Positions 12,365 to 24,130 of a stretch of 64,000 bases of DNA are shown here, piece by piece. The position numbers and the translations under genes are program-made. The number at the start of each line of letters is the position of its first letter. The stretch's first letter is position 1. Below the pieces are notes generated by a model. It was not told where the DNA came from and searched no databases. It saw only the letters and a list, made by a program, of their open reading frames with translations. Origin of the DNA: Glaucostegus cemiculus (Eukaryota); contig CDPCPM010000074.1 in the NCBI GenBank assembly GCA_976551045.1, forward strand, positions 7,502,001 through 7,566,000. The letters run 5' to 3'.

Positions 12365-13545
12365 ATTCTCTGCCACTTCTGCCATCTCCAGTGGGACCCC
12401 ACTGCCAAACATATCTTCCCCTCCTCAACCCTTTCTGCCTTTTGCAGGGACTATGCTCTCCACGTCTCCCTAGTTCACTTCTCCGCGACTCCCGGGTTCA
12501 ATCTTCCCCCATCCTGGGAACTTTCCTCTGCCCCTGCCATAGGTGCAACACCTGCCCCTACACCACCTCTTTCAGGTGAGACAGATTTACCTGTACCTCC
12601 CCTAATATCTACTGCATTCGTTACCAGAGGGAATGCATTTAAGGTGAGGGGGGTTAGGCTCAGAACAGACGTGAAGGGTATGTTTTTTTACTCAGTGGTG
12701 GATGCCTGGGATGTGTTGCCTGATAGGGTGGTGGAGGCAAATTCATTGGGGGCTTTTAAGAGGGGCTTGGATGGGCACATGAGGAAAATAGAGGGATATG
12801 GGCTTTCTGTAGGTGGGAGGGATTAGCTATGTCAGCACAACTTTGTGGGCCAAAGGGATTGTTCTATGTTCTGTCTGGTGCTCCAAGTGTGTACATTAGC
12901 AAGACCAAACACAGTCTAGGCAATAGTTTTGCAGAACACCTGCACTCTGTCCATAACCGTGATCTGCATCTCTCCATTGCAAGTCATTTCAACTGCCCTC
13001 TCTCACACTATCACAGATATGTCAGTCCTTGGCCTCCTCCACTACCAGGAGAACTTCAAGCGCAAACTGGAGGAACAGCATCTCATTTTCTGTCTTAGAA
13101 CGTTGCAGTCTAACGGCATGAACATTGAATTCTCCCACTTTAAGTAATCCCCACAGCCCTCCCCTACACCCATCCCTAACTATGCCTCTTTTCCCTTTCC
13201 TAACCCACCTCTTTTTCTACCCTGTTTTTCCCTCCTTTTACCTCCTTGCCTTTGACCCATCTCCCCGTAGATCTGCTCTCCTCCCCTCCCCTGTACCTGC
13301 CTATCACTGTCTCTTGCTTGCATCTGCCTGTCACCACCTTGTACCCACCCTGCCTCCCCTCTTGTCCACCTATCACTGCTGTGCTTTTCCTTCCAATTTT
13401 TTGGGCATCCAACTTTTCCTGAAGAAGGGTCCTAACCAGAAACATTGACCACCTGCTTTTCTCAGATGCTGCCTGGCCTGTTGAGTTCCTCCAGCATCAT
13501 GTTTGTCATCCAGATTCCAACATCTGCAGTCCTTTGTTTCTCTTG
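12365..13545 (+). mobile_element. Penelope-like element (Neptune-type), right arm, frameshifted
   Basis: Cys linker GTFLCPCHRCNTCPYT, GIY-YIG remnant YISKTKHSLGNSFAEHL...ASHFN, C-terminus RKLEEQHLIFCLRTLQSNGMNIEFS*, a pyrimidine-rich 3' region and a hammerhead-like motif at 13419-13449. Confidence 0.85.
12620..12874 (+). mobile_element. CR1 LINE 3' end nested in the Penelope element
   Basis: TRGNAFKVRGVRLRTDVKGMFFYSVVDAWDVLPDRVVEANSLGAFKRGLDGHM followed by the tail gggccaaagggattgttctatgttctgt. Confidence 0.85.
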
Positions 13546-13549
13546 AAGA

Positions 13550-13770
13550 AGACCAGGAAACTCCTTGTGTCCTGACTCCAGGCATATGTCTCTCATCCAG
13601 TATACCGGAAAGAGATTCTAGCCATTATCACACATGCTGCTTGTGGTAGCTTGCTGTATACAAATTGGCTGCTATATTTCCTCCTCTGCAGTAATGACTA
13701 GACTTCAGAAGCAGTTTCATGGGTTTAACTTATCAAAGGTGTGGTGAATGCAAATCTGTATTTTTATTGT
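13550..13770 (+). mobile_element. DeuSINE (SacSINE1/AmnSINE1-like)
   Basis: tgctgcttgtggtagcttgctgtatacaaattggctgctatatttcc...gtaatgactagacttcagaagcagtttcatggg is the Deu domain. Confidence 0.65.
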
Positions 13771-15669
13771 GATTTGTTCTCTGAATTAAAGCAAATGTTT
13801 CTCTCAGATGAAACCTTTTGAGTTTTGCACACAAATGGTTTATGGTCATATAGATGGTGATTTGATGGGAGGAGCGCTGGTCATTTGAATGCCCCCTTTA
13901 CTAACTTGCATTTGAGGGTAACTGACTGTCTGAAGAAATTTTTTATGCCTTCCTGTTCCGAATGCAGTTTTAAGGAGCTGTCCTTAGAAGCCTTGTTTCT
14001 TTTCACATGTTGCATAATATGTGTGCATAATATTGCCTGATGTGGCAAATTTCCCTTGAGGTAGTGCAGAGATGTATGAATGCTTCATAAGGTTACCATT
14101 GTTTACTGGAAGCCCTGTGTTCCAAAGTCAGGGCAATGAAGGCTTTTCTTTTGATCCATGCATGGAAGTGGATGTTATTCCCTTTATACTTTTTGTGAAA
14201 TTCCCTTTGGTCTATTATGGCCATAATAATTGTCTTAGGATCATGGAATCCAAAAAGCATGCCTATTGTTCTGTAGAGGTAATGCTTGCACTTAAGAAAA
14301 GTTGATGCCCAAGTTAATCTGCAATGTGGCGTTGATATGCCCTGTAATCATACTTAGCAGATCTGTCATGGAGCAAATTGGACCTGATTTTTATGCCCTC
14401 ATTTATACATTCATGGAGAAAAATTACTTTAATGTTGTGAGATGGAATTGAACTGCAACAGTGCAAATCTCTAACCACCAACATAAATTGAGCACTGACT
14501 CTGGAATAACTCGTGATATTACAGCTAGAACATGAGTTCATGAAATTTTGTGCTGTGCTACAAACTAATATCCTTTTCAGGTCAGAATCAGTTTTATTGT
14601 CACAACCATATACATACATAGTATATGATCCTCTCTGCAGCCCTAACTATCCTATTAAGAGCATTGTTTGTTTGCATCTCTGAAATCATGTTGAGTTTTG
14701 AATTTGGTAGTCCTGCTCAAACTACCCAATCTGATGCCACAATATTTGTGGTGGTTTTGAAAACAGTCCACTAGCAGTTTGCACATGGAATTGGGCATTC
14801 TGTGTGTCTCTAGGCGGTGTTGCACCAACACTCCCCCTTTTATAAAATTTACTTGTCACATTGATATGTATGCAGCTGCATAACTGTCATTACAGTGGAG
14901 CTTTAGAATATAAAAATAGGTCCATAAATTCATTCCTAGTTGCTGATGCTAAGTAAGCTGCTTAATAGCATCAATAAATGTACCCTGCACCCATAATTCA
15001 ATGTATTGACTTCATAGGAGGGAATTTGAGGTAGGTATTTGTCACCATTAACTGGGGATTAATTTGTTGGCAGCTTTGTTTGCCCAATTCAGATTGACTT
15101 TAGCTGTTTCCTCCAGATTAAGAATGACTTGCTTCAGTCCATTTTTGTGGGAGGCCAGTATGGGCACTGCATCTTCATCCACAGATGGGTGAGGTGGTGT
15201 GCACATTCTGCTGCTTATGCAGGGCTCCTGTGTGCTCCTCATGACTTGAGGTTCGCACTACTATCTCAAATGCCACTTCTCAACTTTAGGCCAATATGCA
15301 CCATTTCCAAGTGGCAATGCTGCACTTTTTTGCAGTGAGGCTTTTCCCTGTATCCACCAAATCTCTTCCTAATGCAGAACTCGAATGTCTATTTGGGTGT
15401 CAAGCATGCAAATGTGGTCTGTTTAGCATAGTGCATTGAGTGTTAATGGAGCCACAGCATTGGGGATGTTGGCCTGGAAAATGACATGAACATTGGTTTG
15501 CTTACCTTCTGGTGGATTTGGAGGATTTTATGACCGCATTGGTGGTATCTCTCCTGCATCTTGAAATGCCTGCTGTAGGTAGTCCCGATCTCAGAAGCAT
15601 ATAGGAGGGCAGAAATTACTGCTGCTTGGTAGATTAAGTTTTCTGCCAGGCCTAGGTCATAAGTTTTCT

Positions 15670-15800
15670 TTAATTAACCAAAGGCTATGTCAGTACATTG
15701 AAGGCAATGGTGAACTTCATCATTGATGCCTGTCTTTGAGAAGAGGTCCTTGTCTTCCAGTGTCTCATGATGAACTTTTACTATGAGGGCAGTGTTCCCA
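15670..15800 (-). mobile_element. RTE-clade LINE fragment
   Basis: LFSKTGINDEVHHCLQCTDIAFG resembles the RTE post-RT motif LSxxxxIDDEIxxRLxxASxAFG. Confidence 0.55.
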
Positions 15801-17984
15801 GCAACAGTACCTACAGCATTGTCAATACTTGCACTGACTTTCTCTGAGAATGAAAGGTTCACAATATACTAATTACACTTTTTCAGTGGCTGAAATGTGA
15901 AAATTTCAGTTCCAGGAAATTTAGACTTGATGAATAAAAAATTATTTAAAAATATTCATCTATGGAAAGTCAATTGGATTGAAAAAACAGTATTATCTGA
16001 TTAGGGCAAAAAGTATTAAATGTAAAACTAGTGTTCAAGATTCTTTAGAATAATTGATCAGATTTTCATAAATAACTCGGTGGTGATTATTGCAACACTG
16101 ATTAGTGAATTGGCACAAATGTTGAGATTTAGAGCTGAAGTAATCATAGAAATTTAGCTGAATGGGGAAGCACAGATGTTATCCAGGTAGGTACATTTTT
16201 GTTTAACTGTGTAATACTAAATAAAAACAATTAAACAAGCAACACAATGTGTATAATTCATTACAACTTATTGTGTGGAAACAATATTATGGTTTGATAG
16301 GTCATGATTACCATACATGAGGATGTCACAAGCCCCTTGTTACAGAAAGATTTTCTGGAATAGGTGATTTACCAGCTTCAAGCAGGCCTAATGTGCTTGC
16401 AATCCATTTACTGAGAGGGCTGGCTGCTGATATCCTATAACTTGAATGCCATGGTTCTCCTGGCTCAGCACTAGGAGAGAATAGCTTGAGTTAATCAATT
16501 TTTTCTGGTTTTCTCTGAAATTGTCCATTTGATTACTCTTATCTATACAGCAGCAAGATATGTAATTTTTCTCACGAGCAGTGAGTATGCAGAACCTGCA
16601 TTCCTGTGTCAGTTTCTAATCTCTGCAAGAGATGCAGTTAGCTTTAAAAGCAAGTACCCTGCAGCCTCTGGAAAGGCACAGATGGCTTTTAATCTATGTT
16701 AACACTGGAGGGAGACCATAGTCACAGAAATATAACAAAATGGATGGTACACTACCTGTAAGTTCTAATTTGTGCACACTGTTTCTTGTCTCATCTTTGT
16801 GATTCAGTCTCATTAGCAGATCTGAGGGTAAATGTTTCAGGTCTCTTTGTAAATTAGTTTTCTTGGCATTCAATTTTCTATCCATCACTGCAGCTGAAAT
16901 GGGAGAGGTGCAAAAGGCAGTACTGTTTGACCGTTCTTTTCCACATCAAATATTTGACCTTAAAGATGACTCTTCTAACCACATTTCTTCCCTATTATTA
17001 TGACTGACTTATTGTGGAGTATGTTTTCATAAATCGGCATGTCGCTTGTACATCAGATTTACTTTGGTTTTTGCTTTTGAGTTAGGAAGGGGTGCTGTCT
17101 CATCTCACCCAATCCTGATGTTTTTCCTGCCTAATCTATTGGGTAACTAGTAGCCTAATTTGTATATAGAGTTCCATATCCTTCTCTAGAGCCTTGGAAG
17201 GTTGAAAGCATTGTGGACTTGCAACTGCTGCCCTGGTTATAATTAAAATCTATGAATAATTAGTTGAAATTGGCCTGTATTCTTCCTGATCTCTCCAACT
17301 GCAACAAAGTACATGGCAAAAGAGCCATATGGCCTTTGAAGACCAAAGAAAGTCAGTTAAGCTGTAAATTTCCAAATGTGCATGTAAGGAGACTGCTAAA
17401 TGTGGTGACTGTTTCAAATTGATTAGAGCATATTAATCTAGTGCATGTTGTAAATATCAAGGTGGGAACCTGTTAGATCTGCATGAATACAGTTAAAATG
17501 ATTACCTTGTTTAAGGTTTTGGGTAGGCAACTCAATGCACTTGTCCATCAGCTTTAGTTACCTAATCACATGGCTTCAGAATGTAGAATCCAAAGCTTTT
17601 GGCCATAGTGCTTGTCTGTATTTATTCAGTCATTTACAGTTACAATGTAGTTGATGAAGCTCAATGTGATTAAAGAGACAAATGTGGGTGTTGCCCACTT
17701 AATGTTTAATTAAATTAGATAACTTGTTAGTGCAGTGCAGTGTTTGGTGATGTGTGATAATACTTCCTCTGGGACCACTTTGCACTATTTTTGTTTCAGT
17801 TCTTTTATCTTTGCTAATCAAATGTCACTTTCATGTGCACATCATGCCTCATTGTCAACTAAAGCCATTTCCACCCCCCCCCCCCCCACCTCAAAAGCAA
17901 GTGCAGGGGATGTAAACTGGATAATCCTATTATGACAATAAAATGTATAGTAACCATAACAATGGCCAGGATGTATTAATTGAA

Positions 17985-18330
17985 AGCTTGGCTCAGTGTT
18001 AGCATCTGATTTGAAAAGTTGAGTTTAAAACTTCAGTCCAGAAACTCAAGCACACTCAATTAGCTTGTACTGGAGCTATGTACTGTCAAGGATGATATCT
18101 TTTGAAATGGGTGCTAAGCTGAAGTGCTACCTTTCCACTTTGGATGTTGGGAATGGAAACAGATTCTTCTGGCAAGTAGTTACCTGGTCATTTGTTACAT
18201 TGCTGTGATTAAGGCCTGAATGGGCATTGAATTCTTGTGTACCACTGCCTCTTAGTAATGACTACACTGCAAAGTACTTTGGCTGTGAAGTACATTCCTA
18301 GCTTGTGACAGCTACATTATGTACATGAAA
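17985..18330 (+). mobile_element. DeuSINE remnant
   Basis: cttggctcagtgttagca head, ctggtcatttgttacattgctgt, and gtaatgactacactgcaaagtactttggctgtgaag. Confidence 0.55.
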
Positions 18331-21177
18331 CATAAGAGAAATAGATCTCTGTTGTGGAATTAACTTTGAAAGTATCACTGTCAACCTGAGTTAATGTGTT
18401 CGCTTATGTCTGTGTGATGTAATTTTCACAAGGGGAGATTTTTGAATCAAGTGAGACAAAATACAATGTTCCGTCCTGTTCTGAAGTGCAGGCTATGCCG
18501 TAAAAACTTTCCAGCGCAGTAATTGAATTTAGTATTATGCACATTTTTAAAACATAACCTTCTAAAGTGTGCCTTTCATAAATGGTGGTAAAGTTGAGCA
18601 CCATCAAAATTTTGCTGCTGACTGCAAATGGTATTTTTGTTTATACTTCTATGTGCAATACAAAGCTTTGTTAATGAGACAGACAAATGTCTCACATGCC
18701 ATTTTATTGTTGGAAGTAATTTTGAATAACTTATGGTTATAATTTTATAATTGGGTTTGTGGAAAAACTATTCAGTCTTTGGCTCTCCGATAACTTTGGG
18801 GGCAATGTGGACATTGCAAGTAATATCTAGGAGGGTTTACATAGAGATTAGCTGTGTAGTTTGGTTTAAAATTTTTAAATCCTTTCTGGATCTATTTGAA
18901 TATTTAGTACTCTTATGGTCGAAGGTGTTGGTCAAAGTGCTGTCAGCTTTCAGTGTATGATGCAGCTTTCTGTTCAGATGTGCTGATGGTGGAAGTTTAT
19001 TATTGCCCTTTAAGTGATAACATTAATTTTTCTATGTGAATTGAGTTTTTGGAATGGAACATTTTTATAAGTGACCATTTGAGTGAGGACACTAATAAAG
19101 GTTTTCATTTGATGGCAAGCATTTTTAAACTTTATTTTTCACTAACTATTAGGTTATGTTATCAGGTTGATGTCAGGGAATAGTCTCAATCACTGGCTGT
19201 GTGGTCTAGTTATGTGGTTCAGTGTTGAAGGTAAAGCCTTGCATTGCTGGACGATCATAAAGTATTTCCCATAACTACACTTTTTGTAATACTATTTCAT
19301 TCCCTGCTTTTCTGTTAAATCACTAAATGATAAAAGTATATCATGTACACCAAGTTAATTTTTGGCTTTAAAATCTGTTGGAAAACATGGCTTATTCATG
19401 TGCACAAAAATGGAAGTGTTGCTGGTTTCAAACAGCAGCAAATAAGTTGTTCTTACTTATCCAAAGCACTTAATAATTTTCCACATCTCCATTTAGATTT
19501 CCTCTTCCTGTCTGCTAGAAGACTATCCCTAGCTTCTCTAGGTCTTTCATGTAACTGATGCCCTTTTATTCCTGGAATTATTCTAGTATGTGCCCTCTTA
19601 ACAACAAAGTAAGGTGCCTTGAAGTTTTTTAACTACATTTATTAAGGGACATTTGGAAGCTTTTTAAATGTTGTTAACTAAGCCATAACTATTTAAAATT
19701 GATTTAAGTGCTCACTTTCTGTGCCTTTCTGGTTGTGTGAATTCTATAGTGGTGTTGGGAATTTTTTTGGATTATTGTAATTGAATGGTTCTCAGTTCTT
19801 TAGGAAAGCAAATCTGTCATTTTTTTGCCCAGTCTGGTCTGTTTGATTCTGGAACCAAGATTGGTTAATTGTGCTCTCAAGATGCCTAGAGAAGGTTCAG
19901 AAATATTACTGGCAAGACCTATCTTATGGATGAATACATTTATTTTTTTATATAACAAATTATTGTAATTATTTTTTCTTTAAAAGTAAAGAAACAAATG
20001 AGAATTCACTTAACCTAGAAATAAGAGGGGAAAGAAATGGCTGTGGTACATGGAAAGAGAAATGGATGTCCCACATCTTCATTGTTTTCAGCAAGTTTTC
20101 ATACTTGCGTAGTGAAGCATGTTTAACATCTACTGCCTTGTGTACATGCATCCCTTGTTCAAGCTACTGAAAAAATGTATTTCATTTTCAAGGAAGCTTG
20201 CTGAACTTGATCAGAAAAATTTGATGCTGAAGTGCACTGTTTTCTTTTCAACAATTTGTACTTTGAGCTTCAGTCTTATGATCCAGTCTTTCAAATATAT
20301 GCAATATTGCTTTTCAAGAATGCCATTAAAAAAACTGACACTAAAAGACTACTTTGTTGTAAATTTTTATTTAAGTATATTTGCTCCACTTCACCTTAAA
20401 TACAACAAAAGATTCTCCTCTCAAATATGAGAATGTACTGGCTTCTTCTCTGAGTATGTGGAATTATACTCACTTCCACAACCACCCCCCCCCCCCACCT
20501 AAGCTCCCTGTTTTATACTTTGTGCTTTGCTTTCTGTTTCATTGTCTTTGTCCTGCCTAATAATGTCATTGTTATTTATCTTAAGGCAAATATAAAATTC
20601 AATTGTGATTAAATACAGTAAGAGAAACTTTGTTTTTCTGACCCAGTGATGTGGCTGGAACATGTATTTTGATTTTGCTGGGAACTACCATCTCAATGCC
20701 ACTTAAAATGTAGCATTTTCATTTTTGCTTCTGGCAAACTGCATTTCTGGCCAGTTGAATACTTCAATTGTGAATCTTTCTGAAAAGTAGTGTTTCCTGG
20801 AGGGCATGCTTCTGCAAGATTCATTTCACATTTTTAAAACAAAACTTACTGTCAATTTTGTAGTCTGGTGTTCTGTGAATTTTAAATTTTCCCTAGTGCC
20901 ACTGAATTATTTTCAACTCTATTGTGAGTGGTTTTTAATTCTATCATGTGGCTATCTCACCTTTTCCAAAAGGGCAACAAGTGAATGGTAGTGGATTTTA
21001 GTGGTTCAATGAATAGAAACAAATTCTGATTCTCTCATTCTTCATTGCTTCCAATTTGGATTCTTCCTTTAGTTTCTTCCAGTTAATATCTGGTAATTTT
21101 ATAGATGACAGTAATTATTTTACTGTCTTTCACCATTTTTAAAGAAGCTTTTCAACTTGTATAGTGGGCGCATTTAA

Positions 21178-21312
21178 ACATGGAACCATAGAACAATACA
21201 GCACAAAACAGGCCCTTCGGCCCACCAAGTTGTGCCGTCCGTCAAACCTCACACGATCTAACTCTTTCCTCCCACATAGCCCTCTATTCTACATTCCTCC
21301 ATATGCCTATCT
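21178..21312 (-). mobile_element. CR1 3' tail
   Basis: catagaacaatacagcacaaaacaggcccttcggcccaccaagttgtgcc is the reverse of the tail at 32960-33010. Confidence 0.75.
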
Positions 21313-24014
21313 AATAATTTCCTGTGCAATTGCAGTTATGCAGCTCAACGCCTGCTTAGAGCTTTGACCAGCAAGTTTATTAATCCCATAACTAACTCTT
21401 AGCTGATGGTTATAGTTTTGCTTCGTAATGGAAACTATGGTTGGGTTAGAGTTGAGGGGGTAGGTATGATGTGCTGGTTCAGACGGCTCTCCATCAGCTA
21501 TTGCTGGAAGGACTCTGGGAATGAACTCCAGTGAGTTTGGTCATAAACCTCTCCTGTTAAATAACCTGTCATTGCTGTTTTCCTCTGAAGCATGAAGATA
21601 AAAGTAAGTTTTTAATGAGAGGCATCAAATATTTGGGGAGAAGTGGTTCAGCTTGGCTTGTGCAACAGTCTTTCATGGTGCAGTCACTACAGTAAAATAC
21701 AATTGCGATTACAGTGACTTTTTAAAGGTCTTAAACTTGTTTATACTATTCCTCTGCTAATTTTACAAGGTACACACTGGGATTTTGTGGCATATGGAAA
21801 AATAAACCACCAGTGAGTTGTGCCTGTACAGTGCATTTAACTGGAGTTAACCAGCAGCTTTTATTTTTTTCCATCAGGTGGAGGCCCATTGTTTCCTGTG
21901 TATACCCGCCATCAATTAAATTAGTAGAGTCCAAAGTGATTATTCTGCTTTGGATACTTCTGCATTGCATGGTTGGATGCATTCAAGCAATGCCTTGAGA
22001 TCAACAATTAAATTAGTCTTTTTGCAGTTCTGCATTCCAAGGACCAAGGTGATACTAATAACATGTTAACTGTCTAACAACATTGGTTCCGCCACTTGTG
22101 ACTGACATCTTTTTTTAATGTTGCTACTATCATTGAGTTCATCTTGGCAGTTAAGCTAGATGGTTTTATTCACTACTTGTATCACTGTACAGGAAAGGTG
22201 TGAAATAATCCCCTATAACATTGACAATACTGTTAAAACAGATATTTCCTATGTGTTCATTTTTATCATTCATCTTAATTTTGACGATGCACAACAATAC
22301 AAGTTTAGAAGTTGTTAGTTGAATTGGGAAGGAATGACTGCTCACTATTCCATGCTATGTGACCATGCATCATTATATACATGGAAATCCCATATAGGTG
22401 ATAGAAGGAGTCTTCTGTCCCATCTATGGAAGAATCTGTGATTCCTTTATTGACCTTATCAGCCACCTTGGACCTCATTAACTGAATGAAAGCAAATCAT
22501 CCTTCATTTTCCCCAGGCACAAGAAAAGTTTAGTATATGTAACTTGGTAACCAGTGACTATCTCTACTCTCTGATCTGTCAGAATGACTTAAAATGTCAT
22601 TGGTTGCTATCAGATATTTCTTTGCAATTGAACTACTTTGCTGAGAATTTGTGTATTTTAATTATCTGTTGATCCCAATGACAGTGTGAAGAGTTAGAAA
22701 CCATAAATGCAGAAAATGAACTTGTATGCTATAATCTGTGGTTAAGCAGAATCTGTAAACTCTCTTGACAGGAATTATGCTTGGGTGGGGGATTGCTGAA
22801 ATGCTCTTGGGTAGACAGGACACTGGGATTAAACTGATTTAATATTATGGAGAAAAACATTGACAGAGCTCTGAAGGATCAGGTGATTTTGTACTTTAAC
22901 TTTTTTTAAGAAACTACTCTTCCTGCTTGTTTCAGAGGTGCAGAGCTGAGAGTTCATTGAAAGAGCTGCTGTAGTGTGGAGCTGTCAAGACAATTGAAAT
23001 TTGATCTGCAGAGCTGATCTTAAATCTTTTCATCAAGTACATTGTTAAGTAGAAATATGATAAAAGTAAAAAGTGCAAAATATTGCAAGGTGCAAGATGA
23101 CTATCAAACATAGTATGGAATTGCCTGACATTGCAATTCATGTTTTTCAGATTTAATGCAATAATAGTTGCAAAGATCAAAATTTATGCAGTACTGTATC
23201 TAGTGGTAAATTTTCCATGAAGATTCTTTCGTGATGTTCTGAGAATAATTGGGCTCCATTTGTGTTTGGATTTCACATCTTCAGATTTGTACAAGAAAGT
23301 GGGTGGGGTCTAGCATAATAGGTTTTACTAATTTGCTGTAAGTGCAGACATTCTGAAAATCAATGGGCCTTTTTTAAAGAAAACAATTGGTCATGTAGTC
23401 AGAATAGGATGCACTTCCCTGATTTTTTTTTCCCCCAAAAGTTATTCTTCCCAATGTGTACTGAGTGTATAACACTAAAATTTAGTTGAGGTGTGTTATT
23501 AACTGCTTCCTCACTACAATCTCCCAGCAGACTTTCCATTATGTTTTAGGATGAATGACTGAAACTATACTTTGCAGTATATTGCTGCCTCTTACTCCCA
23601 TTTTTTTTTTATTGACATTAGCAGATTTGAGAGGTTTTTTTTTGCTCTTGACAGTTAAGGAAAAATGCTTCAGTCCTTGAAGTATATCCACAAATTTCTT
23701 TGTAAATTTACAGGAAGTGAATACCAGTCGACTGAGGATGGCAGTGATATAGGAACATGGGTGGGTGCAAGTAAACAATGCTCTCTGTTCAGAATGGGTG
23801 GGTAGTTTCTGATTCAGTAAAAAGACATCACTGGCACAAAGCCAGAAAATACTGGAATGGCAGGTAATTCCTAGTAAGATATTAAAGCTCTGTAACTTGG
23901 CATCTTGTTCATTATTATTCATGGAATATCTTTCTGCATCAGGAATTGCACAGCTAGAAGATGAAGGGATCTAACAGGTAAAACTGCATAGTAACAAAGG
24001 CTTTAGCATCTTGA

Positions 24015-24130
24015 GCAATAGTCTGCTGGAGGAACTCGGTGGGTTGAGAGAAAAGAAATTGTCGACATTTTGGGTCAAAACCCTGCATCAAGACTGTGTT
24101 CTCCAGCATCCTTTTTGGCATATTAGATTT
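24015..24130. mobile_element. Short Penelope-tail fold-back element with a decayed minus-strand hammerhead
   Basis: tgctggaggaac...gttctccagca arms. The reverse complement of 24059-24096 reads CAGTC TTGATGC A GGGT TTTG ACCC AAAAT GTC GACAA. Confidence 0.6.

Noticed and set aside
12221-12826. 201-aa ORF with poly-Gly
   Set aside because: Chimera of an antisense Penelope arm, the G-run, a sense Penelope piece and a CR1 C-terminus. Not a gene.
23771-23778. Isolated intronic FOXO sites (GTAAACAA here, others near 37053 and 53610)
   Set aside because: A few matches are expected by chance in 58 kb of AT-rich DNA.
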